Of a stretch of 64,000 nucleotides of DNA, positions 1-16,518 are shown piece by piece. The stretch lies in NCBI RefSeq assembly GCF_009914755.1, contig NC_060929.1. The stretch is one strand, 5' to 3'. The DNA comes from the human T2T-CHM13v2.0 reference genome, Homo sapiens. How positions within the stretch are numbered: position 1 is the stretch's first letter; each line of letters opens with the position of its first letter. The notes below the pieces were generated by a model. It saw only the letters and a list, made by a program, of their open reading frames with translations. It ran no database searches and was not told where the DNA came from. The position numbers were made by a program, and so were the translations under genes.

Positions 1-666
1 TACTCGCATAAAAACAACCACAGGCACCCACACACACAAAGACAAAAATCTGTACCTGAATATAGTGTGAAAGCATCTTTTCAAATAATGTGCAGAAGCT
101 TTAGTTCTTAGGTTGACTTCAATAAAGTTATATAATATCTTTCAAATAAAACTTAACCAGGAGGTAAGTTTGCACCTTATGTAATGATATTTGAAAAGAG
201 TAAGAATTACAGCTTAATGATTTGGTGGTAACATCACCATTGCCAATTCCCTCTACTGAAAGAAATAGTTTTAAAAAAGAAGGCTTGCTCTTCTTCCCCC
301 ACTGACATCAACTGAAAGTAAGAGACCCTTGTAGCAATGCAAATGTTTCCTATAACTACAGTAGCAATTTAACATTTTTATTATATTTTGGAACTACCAA
401 GAAATTATTGTTTCATCCTTAAAATGAAGTCTAATTAGATTTGAACGGACAAATGTAAAAATACCTTTAAGTGTTACATAAAAAGTGTTACATAAAAGAG
501 GCTTTGTTGTTCATACATTTGTCTAGATTTTTAACATGAATCATAAATATATTAAGGACATTTTTCTAAAAATCATCCCTGCTACACTGTGCCAAAGTAA
601 CAATACAAGCAAGAATGATCACGCTATGAGTGAAATTGTTTAAAACAGTCCTACATGGTTGCTAAA

Positions 667-1288
<622 letters not shown>

Positions 1289-1349
1289 TGCAAAATTTTA
1301 AAAGGAATGAATACAAGGAATTTTTATATATTTTATAATCAGTATCACT

Positions 1350-2105
<756 letters not shown>

Positions 2106-4969
2106 ACTACGTACATTAATTGCTACAAATCATATTCAAAGAATGGACATAATTTTTGAAGGTACAGATATTTTGTAATGACCATGTGTTTTTGTGAAAC
2201 TTAATGTATCTCAGAAAACATTTTAAAACATTACTGTTACATATATTCTTCTTTTGGAGATTATAGATGACTTCAAATAGAAAAAAAGCCTTATTTTTAA
2301 GTGTAATAAAATATTCTTTTTAAAATATAGCTCAGAACATAGAAATCTAGATATATTAGAATATTTATGCTTATACCTATAGCCTTTCAATATTCAAGAT
2401 GGATATATATATATTCAAGGAAATATATTTTTCAAAATTAATATGAGATATGCTGTAAACAACTACCCTATTAACAGATAAAATGCTAATTTTAATATAC
2501 AAGTCAAAAATTGCTTGTCAATAAAGGACTGATGTGCAGATATACAAATGGATTTTTAAATAATTGTTTCATTGTTTTGTCTGAAGTCATTACTATGAGG
2601 ACAATAAGTAATAGTTAAGTATGAAAATATGATAAATAGTAGTACAAGATATTTTTCTAGGTTGCGATAAAATGTGGTCTAAACTAATCTTGCAACCCTA
2701 TGCTCATTACCATGTTCTAACTAATCTCTGTTATAAAAGAAGTTGGAAACAGGCCGTTTGATGATATAAAGGAATTTGTTTAAAAAGAGATGTAGCTCTG
2801 AAAGAAACTTCCTCTCTTTTACAGAGTTCAGGTCGGTTATTTTTCCACTTCTCTGTGTCATGAACGACCAATTGTACTTTCCTCCTCAAACCAAGCAAGA
2901 GCTCAGCAAAAGACCCCATCAGAGTAACAGGAAGCATTTGTGGGAAAGGATAGATCTTACTCCTAGATGAATTCTAGTAAACTGCAGAAACTTGTTTACT
3001 ACTATCAAGGCAGAGCACACATGGGTTCTTATAGAGTCAAATCATGTAAAAGGAAGTTACCCTTGTCAATAAGGTGAAAAGAGAAGCTGCACTTCACCAG
3101 CAATCTTGCAAAAAGTGAAGGGGGTAGCTGGGCTAGTCCCAACTTAAAAGCATCCGTCATAAAAAGACTGCTTATCAGGGAGCAGAGACCCGTGAATAAT
3201 AATGCTACAGGGCAGTAGCTGAAAGTGTGTCATTAAAAGTGACCAGAGAATGAAGTTCCCAGGTGTATTTCAAGAGCCCAGGGGTGGTGGGGGAGGTTTC
3301 ATGGAGAAGGAGCCGGCAAGTGTTCAAAGATTCTACAGAAATGCCCTGAGAAGAAGGAACTAGTGATTGAACTCCTTCAACAGCAAAAGGTATTAGATAT
3401 TCCTCCGTTGCTAAGAGAGGACCACACACAACCTCTACAAAGTATAATGGCTTTTGCCTCTTTACCTTTAAACATTATCTCCACTCCCCATCCCCCTGGA
3501 GGAAACAGAAGCAACCTGATAAATGGGAGACAGGCAAAAGGGCAAGGTGCGGTGAAGGGACAGATCATGCATTTTTCCCACTGTGAAAACAGAACAGCAG
3601 CCCTGTTTACTAAAGGGGAAAAAGCTTTGTATTGAAGAAAGGTCAGCATACTTTATTATAAAGACAGCTGCATATGATTGTGGCATGCAAATAGATATTT
3701 CATGGCTATAAAAATTCATGGTGACTTCAACTAAACCACGTATATTATGACTCTGAGCTAATATAATCCAAGTAATAGTGTATTTTGAATAGTTTACTAG
3801 GTATATTTTATTCCAGTGGACACTAAAATACTTAAAAACAGATTATGCTAGCCAGTGGCTCAATAAGAAACATATTTATGTTTTACACTGACAATAACTT
3901 AATTTCATCATCCGTGGGTAGATGATAGATTTTCTTGTGACCTATTCATGAGGAAACCTGACATATTTGAATACAGTATAAACTTTGATAAAATTTAGAT
4001 GTATTGCTTTGTAAGATTTCTATAATTTAAATATGAATAACTCATGTTTTCATCAAAGAGGATACTGCAAACCAAATACCACCGATGTTACTATATTATT
4101 TATAGTTGGGCATTTTTCGTATCTTCATAAATACCACATAATTATACAAATATAAATGGTTAATATCTACTTTCAATCAGCAATGGGTTTATGTTTAATA
4201 TGAGGGCCTCAATTTAGAGACTTTTTCTTGGGGAAAAAAGAAAGTAACATTATTTATTCTACTATATATCACCTACATTTTTTTTAAATTTATGTCTGCA
4301 AACAAACTTTGGACTCAAATCTGGACACTCTCACTTTTAATAAGAAGAGTTAAGAGTGCATACTATTGAAACAACCACAGGAAATCAGGCATAAACTAGA
4401 ACATGAACTTAAATGTATGCTCATCCCAGCTATATAATCTAATCTGTTAGAATTTCCTTAATAGTGTATGATTTGTAATCAGTTTCTCATATTTTATTAC
4501 AACTGTGTATGTAATGTATATTTTGATGTCTTGTAGGATTATTAACAATATAGTATTTTTCTTGTCATTGATTTTTGACCAAGGTACACAGAAAAAGACA
4601 TGTGCAAAATACATAGTTAAAACATTGATATACAAATAAAAATAAAGACTAGGGAAAAAATTTATGGATTATAGTCAATAATGTACCTAGAAATACCTAA
4701 ACGGTATTACAACATATGGAAATATTGATAACATTTTCTTACACTTCCCTATCTAATATAAAATGTCATTTTACTGTTTCCCTTCTTAATATTTCCCAAA
4801 TTCCTTCTGGCTTTATTCTCATTATCATCAAGTTACTCTCTTCCCTAATGACACACCAAGTCACTCACCATAGCCTACCAACTAATTTCTCACCTGGAGG
4901 TTTCTCCTTTCTAATTCATCCTACACACTTCTCTTAGACTAATGTCTCTAATATGTTTAATCATACCAG

Positions 4970-5450
4970 TCATTATTTTATTCATCAACAATTTATTGAC
5001 TGCTCTGTTTTGTCCTACATGAAGTAAACTTGATATCTCCTTCACGGAAACTTAAAGTCTACTAGGGAGACATAGTAAAAAAAAAATTATCCTTATAAAA
5101 ATAAAATCATTAGTTCTGATAACTGCTATGAAGAAATTGAACAGACTGCTATGGGAGAAAGGGGCCTATTTGAGAAATTGGAAAAGTTTGTTAGAAGAAC
5201 CAACAATTATGCTGAAACTTGAAGGATAGGGAAGGAACAGCCAGTCAAGGAAGATCTACAGCATAGATTATTGTGTAGCTTGTTATGGTGGAAATGCCCA
5301 GTACACGTGAGGAACTCAAGTCTAGCTACTATAGATTCCTGGATCATAGTGTGAGGGGATCTTGTGAGCTGTCTGGCAAGGTGGACAAGGCTTGATCATA
5401 TGGGATTTGGGAGGCAATGTTAGAGGCTTTTTTTTTTTCCCCTAAGTGCA
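4970..5450 (-). mobile_element. L2 LINE fragment
   Basis: ATTCATCAACAATTTATTGAC 3'-end motif followed by degenerate L2-like purine-rich body. Confidence 0.55.
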
Positions 5451-5489
5451 TTGGACCTTTCTGTTCTCCTTTGCAAATACCTATAAATA

Positions 5490-5930
5490 TTTTGAAGTTA
5501 AACAAAATATAGAGATAGATGTCTAAACTTAAAACATTTTATTTTGGAAGTAATAATTGCAATTTGGGGCATACACACAGACTAGATTGTCTTCAGTATG
5601 TTTAAAGAACAGTGAGAAAGCTGGAGGTTTAAATAAAAGCATAAATGTTATGCATTGTTTTGAAAAATGTTCTTTGGCACTAGTAAAGTTTTGGGGATTG
5701 GTGAGTGACCACGGTAGGTAAAACTAGTCTTAGAGCCTCAGCGGGTCATTTTAGTAGTTAGTTACCAGATAAAAGTGGTTTCAGGCTACAGTAGGCGGTT
5801 TCAGCAGCTAGGCTTGGAAACAATTACATTCCTGGAGCAATGTTATGTGCTGTGAGTGTGTTAGCTCCTCTCGATTATGCTTTGGTTCAGTAGGACAAGA
5901 ATAACCCAATCCATATGATCAACATTCACA
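5490..5930 (-). mobile_element. ERV1-type solo LTR (MER93-like), copy 1
   Basis: Clear homology to 9730-10141 (GCATACACACAGAC...TCTTCAGTATGT; GGTAGGTAA...TCTTAGAG); ends TTCACA (reverse complement of TGTGAA). Confidence 0.6.
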
Positions 5931-5971
5931 AATCTATAATTATTTCAAAATAAAAAAATAATTTTAAAAAC

Positions 5972-6331
5972 TGTATATTAGTTTGCTTCCATAACAAATT
6001 ATCACAGATTGGGTGGCTTAAACAGAAATGCATTTGTTTACAGTTCTGGAGGTTGGAAGTCCAAGATCAAGGTTTCATAGGTTTGGTTTTCCCTGAGGCC
6101 TCTATTCTTTGCTTGCAGATGGCCATTTTCTTACTGTGTCCTTAGATGGGCTTTGCCATGCACACACGTACCCTTGGCATCTCTGTGCGTCCAAATATTC
6201 TCTTCTTATAAGAACCACCTGTCAGATGGAATTATGGCCTACCCAGTATCTAAATTCAGTCACATTCTGAGGGATTGAGGTTAAAGGCTTCGACATATGA
6301 ATGACAGGAGGACAAAATTTAGTCCATAACC
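5972..6331 (-). mobile_element. MLT1A/B-type MaLR solo LTR
   Basis: GGGTGGCTTAAACAGAAAT...CAGTTCTGGAGGTTGGAAGTCCAAGATCAAGG...AGTCCATAAC. Confidence 0.8.
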
Positions 6332-6967
6332 ATTATTTGATTGAAATCAAACATTTATTTTGAGTAAAAATAGCAAAATATTGTTAAGTATTATTCTTCT
6401 CATTTTCTGATGGAAAAATCTTACTAGTAAGCACTCAAACAGTATTTAACAAGAGTGTAATATTAGCAAACATTTTACCCAGCCTTTACATGATGGGCTT
6501 ACTCATGAGTAGGTAAACAGGAAAATCTATAGTCTACCCACAGATGATGATATTAAGCTTCTGTCAATGTAAGAAACATAAATATGCTTGATATTGAGCT
6601 GCTGGCTGGCATAATCTGTTTTTAGAAAAACAAAGAGGGAAATGCAGACAGACAAGCTATCATAAAAATCAATATGATGGCAGTGGATTTTTAGGTTGGA
6701 GTAACAATTTTTATTTTCACCATATTTTCTTGCCTTTTTTTTCCTAAGTTTTCTACAATTAATTATTATTTTGTAATTAAAATGTATCATTACAATAATA
6801 AATCTTGTAAAACACATTAAGAATACATATTCTTAATTACTTAATGTTTTCTTACTGTAACATTTTTTACTATTTTCTTGCTTTTCTATAATAAATAGTT
6901 ATTCACTGAATTATTGCTTGTGTTAAATTCCAGGAGTTGCACTGCTTGGCAAAGAATATGATGACAC

Positions 6968-7240
<273 letters not shown>

Positions 7241-7539
7241 AAGAATATGATGACACAATTTATCTATTGATTACAATCAGAAAATTGTCTTTCAAAAGAA
7301 TTCTATCAGATCACATTGAAACCAGTATTGCAACACTACCTGGTTTTACCATTACTCAAGAACATAACATATATTATTAATTGGTTTTTGCTAAGTTAGT
7401 GAAATTGCCATCATTTTATTTTATTTCATTTCACTTAATTTCATTTGTTTGTACAAAGGGAGCCTGATTTCGAGTATATTAGGTTTTGTTATTGTTTCTC
7501 TGATACAAATTGTTTTTTCAGGTCAGTTTTTATGCTATT

Positions 7540-7797
7540 ATTTTTTATTTTATTAGTGCAGGGGTGCAATTGTGGCTCACTGCAGACTCAAACTCCAGGG
7601 CTCAAACGATCTTCCTATCTCAGCCTTCCACGTAGCTGGGACTACAGGCATGCACCACCATGCCTGGCTACATTTTGTATTTTTTGTAGAGATGAGGTTT
7701 CGCCATGTTGCCCAGGCTGGTCATGAACTCCTGAGCTCAAGCACCCAGCCAGCCTCAGCCTCTCAAAGTTCTGGGATTATAGGCATAGAACCTGGCC
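7540..7797 (-). mobile_element. AluJ-type SINE (tail end partly deleted)
   Basis: GGCTCACTGCAG...GGGCTCAAACGATC...CTCCTGAGCTCAAGC...GGGATTATAGGC. Confidence 0.85.
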
Positions 7798-8570
7798 AAT
7801 ATTATTTTTAAAACCAATATGGGCTCTAAATATAGGTGTTCAGAATATTTTATAGAAATAAAAATGTTGTAAAATGTAATCAGTAGCACCCACAAGTGAA
7901 TACTTTCCTATAAGGAGCTTAGATATTTCTAATGCCATATTAACCAAATAATTTGTTATATACTAGAATAGAGTTTTCTTAATGTACTAAAGATTTCACA
8001 CTTGTTAATCCTCATTCCCAGCTACACAGTCATTGTAAGAGTATAATCTATAATTGAAACAATCATTAAAAACAGTCACACAAAAATTTGCATATTATGA
8101 AAGATTCTAATTAGATCAGAATTTTATACTTATTTTACTGCCTTACCTTGTTTGCAAAGTCTTCTTTGTATATTTTGTATAAAATTATAGATAGAAGCAA
8201 ATATATATCATCCTAAATTTTTTATTGTTATACATAAATAATCCAAGAAGTTTAGAATATACATATAAGGTGATGTAACTGATTTTATGCACAAAGAGTG
8301 GAGTGAGTCCTAACTCTCATTCGATCACCTTGCCCACCATAAAATTATCAATCTACATATACAAACTTTAAAAATAATCAGATCTTTTATACTACAATTG
8401 TAAAATCTCAAACTAATTCTAAATTAAGTTTTATATTTTTAGGACTCCAGACTAACACCAAGCCCAAGGGAATACATATTTAATCTTCATAGCAAATACT
8501 TCATTTCTGCAAGAAAGACAATGACATTTTCTTCTTTTCCTTTTCTATAAAATATATAAAAACCCAATTA

Positions 8571-8892
8571 CTTTTGTTTTTTGTTTTCTGGGTGTTTTTT
8601 TTTTTTTTTTTGAGACAGAGTCTCACTCTGTCACCCAGGCTGAAGTGCAGTGCTGTGATTTGTCTCACTGCATCCTCTGCCTCCTGGGTTCAAGAGATTT
8701 TCCTGTCTCAGCCTCCTGAGTAGGTGGAATTACAGGCATGCACCACCATGCCTGTCTAATTTTTATAATTTTAGTAGAGATAGGGTTTCACTATGTTGGC
8801 CAGGCTGCTCTCGAACCCCCGACCTGAGGTGAACCGCCTGCCTCAGCCTCCCAAAGTGTTGGGATTACAGATGTGAGCTAATGCACGCAGCC
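8571..8892 (-). mobile_element. AluSx-type SINE
   Basis: Full-length Alu; 12-bp TSD AAAACCCAATTA at 8559-8570 and 8893-8904. Confidence 0.92.
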
Positions 8893-9729
8893 AAAACCCA
8901 ATTATAAATATCAGAAACAGTATGGAAAAAATAATTTGTCTCAGCGAGGCTTCATTAGATCTTGAAATTTAAACTGCCAGCTTTCATAAATTAATAGTGG
9001 AAAGGCAAGATTAATTCAACAGATATTTCTAAACAAGTCAGATATATAGGTCTCGCATAGTAGAAAACATCTGCAGAATGGGATTGAGATGAATTTAAAT
9101 GTGACTTTCAAATAGAACTACATTTAAAAGTTCTAAATTTATTTATTTGCTTTCCCATTTAAAAAAAAAATATGGTTTTTAGTGGTCTTGGAAGCTACTA
9201 AATTGGTTAGCTGACCATCAAATTTTTCCAGAAAAAAATAATAAGTGCAATGGGAAAGGGTTATATTTCTAGAATTCCTAAATGTGAACCAGGAAATGAA
9301 CTCTTAAGGTTGTTCATTTTCTTTGCTAGCCCTGTCTGATGTGTAAGTACTTTAATCTGTAATGAACATGGGAAGGTATAATTGTATATACTCAAATTGC
9401 AGTTCTTGCTAAGCTTCTGTCCAGTGAACTAGAAATTAAACTTCAGCTATAGTGGTGTTTAGTTATTCTTTGAGATTACAGTAGTTCAGTTTCAGTAAAA
9501 AGCAGGTTGAAAGAAGTTCACTGGAAATGATTGCTAAATCCTTTGCTAGAATAAAGTACAATGCAATTTTGGTCAAACATGTCCTGAATCTGTTGTTTTC
9601 AGTTTAGAATCCAAGCATCCTTGAGAGGGGTCACCCATGTACATGCAGCATTTACTTGGATGGAAATTACACATATACTTTGACAGTAATTACTGATGCA
9701 AATCACACCTAAGCATGACATAATGAGCA

Positions 9730-10141
9730 TGTCAAAGTCAATTAAAATATAGAGACAAATTTCTAAATTGAAAATCTTTTATTTGGGGAGCAAGAGTTCT
9801 AATTTTCAGCATACACACAGACCAGTTGGTCTTCAGTATGTCTGAAGAACAAAGAGAAGTTCGGGAGCTTTATTAGAAAGAGAAATGTTACCCATCGCTT
9901 TGAAAGAAAGCTCATTGACACTAGGGAAGATTTTGGGAGCTGGCAAGCTCTGACTGGTAAGTGACAGTGGTAGGTAACAGCCATCTTAGAGTCACGACAG
10001 GCCATTTCAACAGCTGAACTTGTGGAAAATTAAATTTTTGGAACAGGTGCTATGTGCCCCAAGAGCTTTTCCCCTAGCCCCTCATTTCTGTCTTAGTGGG
10101 ATATGGCAAGAGTGACTCAATTTGAATAATTAACTTTCACA
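9730..10141 (-). mobile_element. ERV1-type solo LTR (MER93-like), copy 2
   Basis: TG...CA termini (TGTCAAAG...ACTTTCACA); homologous to 5490-5930. Confidence 0.6.
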
Positions 10142-12129
10142 AGTGCCACAAACATGATGAGGAAAGAAGAAATGCAAAGGAATAATATGCACAGAAGATA
10201 ATGAAGGAGGAATTAAATTTGAGATGGAGTATAATTTCTAGAGGTTATGCAACCAAATTTAAAAATATTATATATAAGGATATGGAGTCTCAGAGAGAGT
10301 TGTAGAGTCAGACTCTAGTCTAAATGTTCAGTCATAAATCCAGAGGGAAATAGTACATCAGGGAAAGGTTAGGGCTAGAGAGAGAAATCTGTGAGTAAAT
10401 CAAAAGACAAAAAAGTGCTCCAAGGTAGTCAACAGAGAAAAGAAGAATTAGGAAGACACAAACCTGAAAACAATTTATACTGAGGTGGATGGAGAAGGAA
10501 AATCAGGCAATATAAAGAGAATTTTAAAATAACCATGTTTGTAGATTTCTGCAGATATTTCCCAGGTCCCTTACTTTCAGGTTTGACTTCCATGAGAATG
10601 TTAGAAAAATTAAAATTAATGAATTAATTTTTAATGCACTTTCTTTGAAATGATCAAATCCTAATCTTCCCAGGTTAGCAATGTAGGGAGAATGTAACTG
10701 AGAACACCCTTTATTTTCCCCAAATTTCTCTTTCCCTGAATAATTTTTTTGTGTTGATCAATTGTTACAGTTATGTTGTCTTCTATGGAAAAAAAAAATA
10801 AGTTTTTGTCCAGAAGGTGTCATACTGTCTTAGCTGAGTTAAAGATGAATATTTAAACAGGACTTTAATTTCACTGTGGCCTCCACAAGGCAAGGAGAGC
10901 AGGAGAAATTTAGATAACTCTCACCATCAGGCTTCTGGGCTCTCCTGGCTTCTGACTTTCCCTTTCATAGAAATTTCCATTTTAATCTTTACTACCTGAG
11001 GGCTCTCAAACATTTAAAAACAAATCCTCATAGTTTGTGCCTGAGAAATCATGATCCCACAAGGCAGTTAGACTTTTCTCTCAAATGCCAAAGCTGAAAT
11101 TTGTATTTCAGTTTTGTGCTTGAGAAATTCTACAAAATTGACCCCAGGAATATCCATCTCCTCAAGATATTTCCTTAAATGTTTAAAACTTTCCCCATGA
11201 AAAGTAAAACGGAGTGCATTTGTGGTTAATAAAATATAATAGCCCAGTTGGATAAAATGTTATGTTGGATAAGTGTTAATATGTAAGAAATATAAATGAG
11301 CATGAGTTTTAGAAATTAAGGGATTGTTTAATCTTTTATTGGAAAGTTAATAAACAGTACCTATCTCTCTGTATCTATTTCTAGCTCAATTTCTATCTGC
11401 TCCTGAATTTGGCTCATTCATGATCATGTCTTCCTTTACAGCATGATACCCAGAACTACTCAGGGCATTCCAACTGTTAAGTAGAGGAAAAGCATCATAC
11501 AATGTAATTCATTCACCATATTTATCATATGTTTTATGAGAGCTTATTATATAATAGGCAGTGTTTTAGGCTATACAGATCCAAAAACAAACATATGTCG
11601 ATGTTGAAAACTAAATAGGTTTAAAAATATATTTCTTTTCAAAATTTGAGTGCTTGAAATGCTTCCATAATAACACAGCAGATATTTAACATCAAAATTC
11701 ATAACATATGGTATATTTATTCAGCATAATCACATTAATTACATAGGTAGTAGGGTGACAGAATTCATCAGTGACAAGGCCAGAGTACTGAATAATTTGA
11801 ATGAGAATTTAAAAATTAGATCATTAACAGTCTGCCTTTATGCCTGACAAGGTATTCACAGCAATTACTAACAAAAGGGGATAATAACATATTTAGAATG
11901 GGCAGAGTTTAATTGCACATAGCGTATATAGTAGAAAACTCTTCTTAAAAAATGGGAAAAGTTAAGATTAATAGGAAGTGCAGGATTTATTCAGTTGGAT
12001 TTTGTCGTTAACCAAAGAAAAACTGCAAAGCCCATCTTGCGTGAAACATTGCTGTTGGTTGTTGACATTTACAAAATGTGGAATCATTTCCTGCCCTAGA
12101 AAGCTTATTGAATATCATAAACTTTAACC

Positions 12130-12630
12130 CATAACTGCAGATGTGCTCCTTATTTCTCTTTAGCCCCTGCAGATCCAACTTCCATTCTTCTTTACTCTTT
12201 TTTGTGAGACACAATCTCCAAAGACCGTATCAGCGGCCCGCTTGCTTCTGGCTTGCCATTACACTATTGGCTAAAGGAAAACACTTAACAGGAGAGGGGG
12301 AGAGGGGCGAAGAAAGAGGGATGGGATATTTTTTTCCCAGGCATTCTCGCTCCTTGAGAGAAGAGGAATTAGATGTGTTTCTCCTGTGGCAGGGCCCTTC
12401 CTTCCACACTTACAGCTATGCTTTTTGGATTAATTCACCACTCCCTGGGCTTGCCACTTCACACCTAGAGTTGGTAATAGTTCCCCAACAGTCCCTAGTC
12501 CTAGGTACCTCATCCTTCCTTGTGACTAAAGGTGTGAATCTCACACTTTTAGAAACAGCACTTTCCTGGTTTGTTTGCAATAATCCAGCTTAAATATGCC
12601 ATTTCTTCTCAGTCAGACCTCCGATTGAAA
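12130..12630. mobile_element. Old ERVL LTR (LTR33-like)
   Basis: CTTCTGGCTTGCC...TTGGCTAAAGGAAAACAC...GGAGAGGGGGAGAGG...TATGCCATTTCTT resembles recalled LTR33 consensus. Confidence 0.45.
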
Positions 12631-13205
12631 AATAGTGTCCTGCAGTGACTAGGGGTCCGCACTATATACACAGAGAAAATACTGGAGGATGAAAAAAAAT
12701 TATGAATTCTAATTTAATCCTACAGCTTCTTTTCAACTAACACTCTGCATTTATTTTTCTGTCTGTCCATAACCATTCTGGTTCTAAGTGAACAATTCAA
12801 CTTTGGAATGAAATGAAGGATCTATTCCCTTTCCACCATAAAATATTGCAATGATCCTTTACCATATTAACATTTGCTAAAAAGGTAGAAGATCTATTGC
12901 CATACTAGAATTTCCCCAGATGCTGGATTTTATTCAAACTGTATTATTTTATTACATAGCCCAGCAACAAAGAAATCATCTCACTAGACTCATATTTCTT
13001 TTATATAGAAGTATAATTATCACTTAATTTACATGCCATGGCATAATTTTACTTCTACTAAACTAAATAAAGAACCATATTAACATCTAAATATAATCAA
13101 AATATAGATTATTAGAAGTTTTTATTTTTAATAACTTTACTTTCACTTACATCCAATACTAATAATTTTAAAAATAAAAGTGCTATTGTGCATCTATAAA
13201 TATAG

Positions 13206-13557
<352 letters not shown>

Positions 13558-13980
13558 CCATATATAAGTTTTTAGAATAACAGAAATATAAATGTATCTG
13601 GATGTCTTAAGGAATATTTTATTTCTGTCTCTTAATAGGTACATTCTTTTAAGATTTACCTATATATTGATTCAAACATTAGCATATTATAAATTGTGAT
13701 CCATAATTAGAAACATATAGCTCCTAAGCTCAAACATAAAGTCTTCATAGACTTTCATACATGATTGCATTTAAAATTTTTAACATAATATAAGCCATTT
13801 TATTTAATTCAGGTTTGCCTGCAAACAAATTAGGTCAAGTTAATTGAGGTTAGGTCATGTTTTCTCTTAAGAATATTTGTATAATAAGCTCATAAACTTT
13901 CTGCAATAGTTTCTAGTCCCAAATCACAACTTTTCTGTTTTCAAGCATAATCTGATGTAAAAGTCTGTATGCATGGTATA

Positions 13981-14465
13981 TGTACTTGTTTTCTATTATT
14001 ATTAAATTACTATATTTAATGGCTTAAAAAAACACAAATGTTTATGACCTCACAATTTCTGTCCCTGAGGAATTTGGAAGTGTCCTAGTGGGATGGCTCT
14101 GGCTCAGAGTCTCTCATGAAGTTGAAGTGCAGATGATGAATTTCATCTGAAGGTCTGACTAGTGCTGAAGGATTCATTTCTAAGCTGACAGTTCCTTCCT
14201 GGCTATTGGTAGGAGGCCTCAGTTCCTAACCGTGGACCTATCTGCAGAATAGGACAGCTGTCTTCATTCTGCAGCTTGCTAGAGTAAGTGGTGAAAGACA
14301 TATAGAGAGAAAAGCTGTGATGTTGGAAGTGACATACCATTTCTTCTGCCATAGTCCATGGTCAAATAGGACTAATGCTGATATAGTATAAAAGGGACTA
14401 ATACAAAGGTATGAATGCCAGGAGGTGGAGATCATTGGGACCATCTTGGAGGCTGGCTAGCAGAG
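13981..14465 (-). mobile_element. MLT1F-like MaLR solo LTR
   Basis: TGGCTCTGGCTCAGAGTCTCTCATGAAGTTG...GATCATTGGGACCATCTTGGAGGCTGGCTA. Confidence 0.75.
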
Positions 14466-15788
14466 TAAGTAACTTTCAAATCAGTGTATGTTATCATTTG
14501 ACATCAAGTTATACAAATCCCAATAATTCTCAGGTCAGGAGAAGGTCAAAGGAAAATGAAGCATATTCCTATTTAATTTTGTGATCCTCGATGATGATGC
14601 AAACATGCCCGCAATATAATGAAAAACAACAGATAATGAAAGTCAGTTATAGTGCTGGTGCTACCATTGTGTCCTGTGTTATTTCTTGTTAGTCTCAAAA
14701 AACATATTTGCATCTGTCATCATCATTGTACAGAAATTGCACAGATTCAAATATTAAATAACTCTATAAGAACTTCAACATTTGAATTTTTATAAAAATT
14801 GTGTAATGAATTACATACCTCTTAGATATGAAAGTTTGACCTACCTTATTTTTCCCTGTGACTCTTTACACAACTGTTGTTTTTATTCATCTAGCTTATT
14901 TTTAAAAACAAGTCTAATTCTGCCAGTTAGGAGGTTTTGTGTATCCAAGGAAATGTCAAGAAATGTAGATTTTTGAACTTAACACTCTTTTCCTCATTAT
15001 GGCATTTGTTTTATTCCATGAACATTTAACAACATATTTATTGACCTTCCTATTATTACAGTAACTGACATATTAACATAGTCAATGAACTTCTTTGTAT
15101 AGACCTTGGCAAGCAGTTTTAAATAATAGATTTAAGTTGATTAAGCACAACTAAATAATATTCTCTATTGATATCAAGAAGTGGGTTTATTTCTGATTCC
15201 TGAGAGTTACTCTTCTTAGAAGTTATTTTTTATTTTCTAAAATAAATATTGACTTTTAAATATTGATATGTATGGGTTCTCATTTTTTTAAATAACTTTG
15301 CATTTCCAATAAGGTTGCTTACAGGGTGAATTATGCAATAGGCATAATTACAGTGCCTATCGTTCAAATACGGCTTTGCAGACACTGGAAATTTCTGACA
15401 GCAGAGGAGGTATGGGTTCTGATATATGTGTGAGGTCCAACTTTATAGTCCAAGTATGTAGGTTCAAGATATATATGGGAGTTAGACTAATAAGTTTTTA
15501 GCAATAGTTTCCATATTTTATATAGCAAGGTAAGGAAGAAGGAAGAATAAAAGATCACTCCCACATTTCTAATTTGAACATCTCAGTGAATACTGTTCAC
15601 TGAGATGGAGAAAACAGGGTCAGTTCATTTATAAAAAATTTTTTCTCAAATATTTTATCTTACAGTTCATAGTGGAATGTAAAATTAATATAATTTTATT
15701 TTCTAGAACTAGTTAACTACATATTTGGGCAAATTGGTCCAAATTTCTATGTGAGTAATACATACATTTTCTTTAAAATATGCAACTT

Positions 15789-16117
15789 GGCTGGGCTTGG
15801 TGGCTTACATCTATTATCCCAACACTTTGGGATTAAGAGATCAGAACATCACTTGAGCACAGGAGTTTGAAACCAGCCTGGGCAACATCGTGAGACCCCA
15901 ACTCCACACAAAAAAAATGAAAAAATAGCCAGGTGTGGTGGTGCATGCCTATAGTTCCAGCTACTTGGGAGGCTGAAACAGGAGGATCACCTGAGCCCAA
16001 GAGGTCAAGGCTGCAGGGGGCAATAGTCACATCACTGTACTCCAGACTTAGCACCATTGCGAGACCCTGTCTCAAAATATTGAAATAAAATAAATAAAAT
16101 AAAATAAAATAAAAAAA
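15789..16117 (+). mobile_element. AluJ-type SINE with (TAAAA)n tail
   Basis: GGCTGGGCTTGGTGGCT...CACTTGAGCACAGGAGTTTG...GAGGTCAAGGCTGCAG...GAGACCCTGTCTC. Confidence 0.88.
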
Positions 16118-16518
16118 CAACTCTACAACTCTGTTGGACATGCCTCTAAATGTTAAATGGAGGTTGGATAAAATGGGAATCATCCTCTATTTAATTGTTT
16201 GGATTCTTAGAAAGAAAAATGGTTCTTCCTCTTGGAGCCAAACAAAAATAGGCAAGTCCTATTGATATTTAATATTTTTAGGAAGTTAATATCCTACATT
16301 AAAGGCAGTAATAAAAGGTTTAATGAAACTTTCATGCGGATAATAAATACAAAATTACATGTGTGTTCCATTCATGGCAAACCTTAAGCATGTGAACATT
16401 TCTGCTCTCAATACTCCAATGTAGCCATGAAAAATAAAGATACATCTTCAGTAATTTTTCAGTATTTAAAAATCTATGTGTTTGTGAATGTCTTTGTTTC
16501 TTAATGTTAGAAAGTAGA

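Noticed and set aside
469-496. 14-bp tandem repeat AAGTGTTACATAAA x2 (similar 10-12-bp doublets near 1981 and 28660)
   Set aside because: Ordinary slippage duplications; no spacer-repeat periodicity, so not CRISPR-like.
9570-9740. p53-like half-sites (AAACATGTCC, GAGCATGTCA)
   Set aside because: Isolated half-sites about 150 bp apart, not a paired response element.
12141-12593. 150-aa ORF, the longest non-L1 ORF
   Set aside because: Lies within an old LTR-like element; no recognisable domain or splice context.
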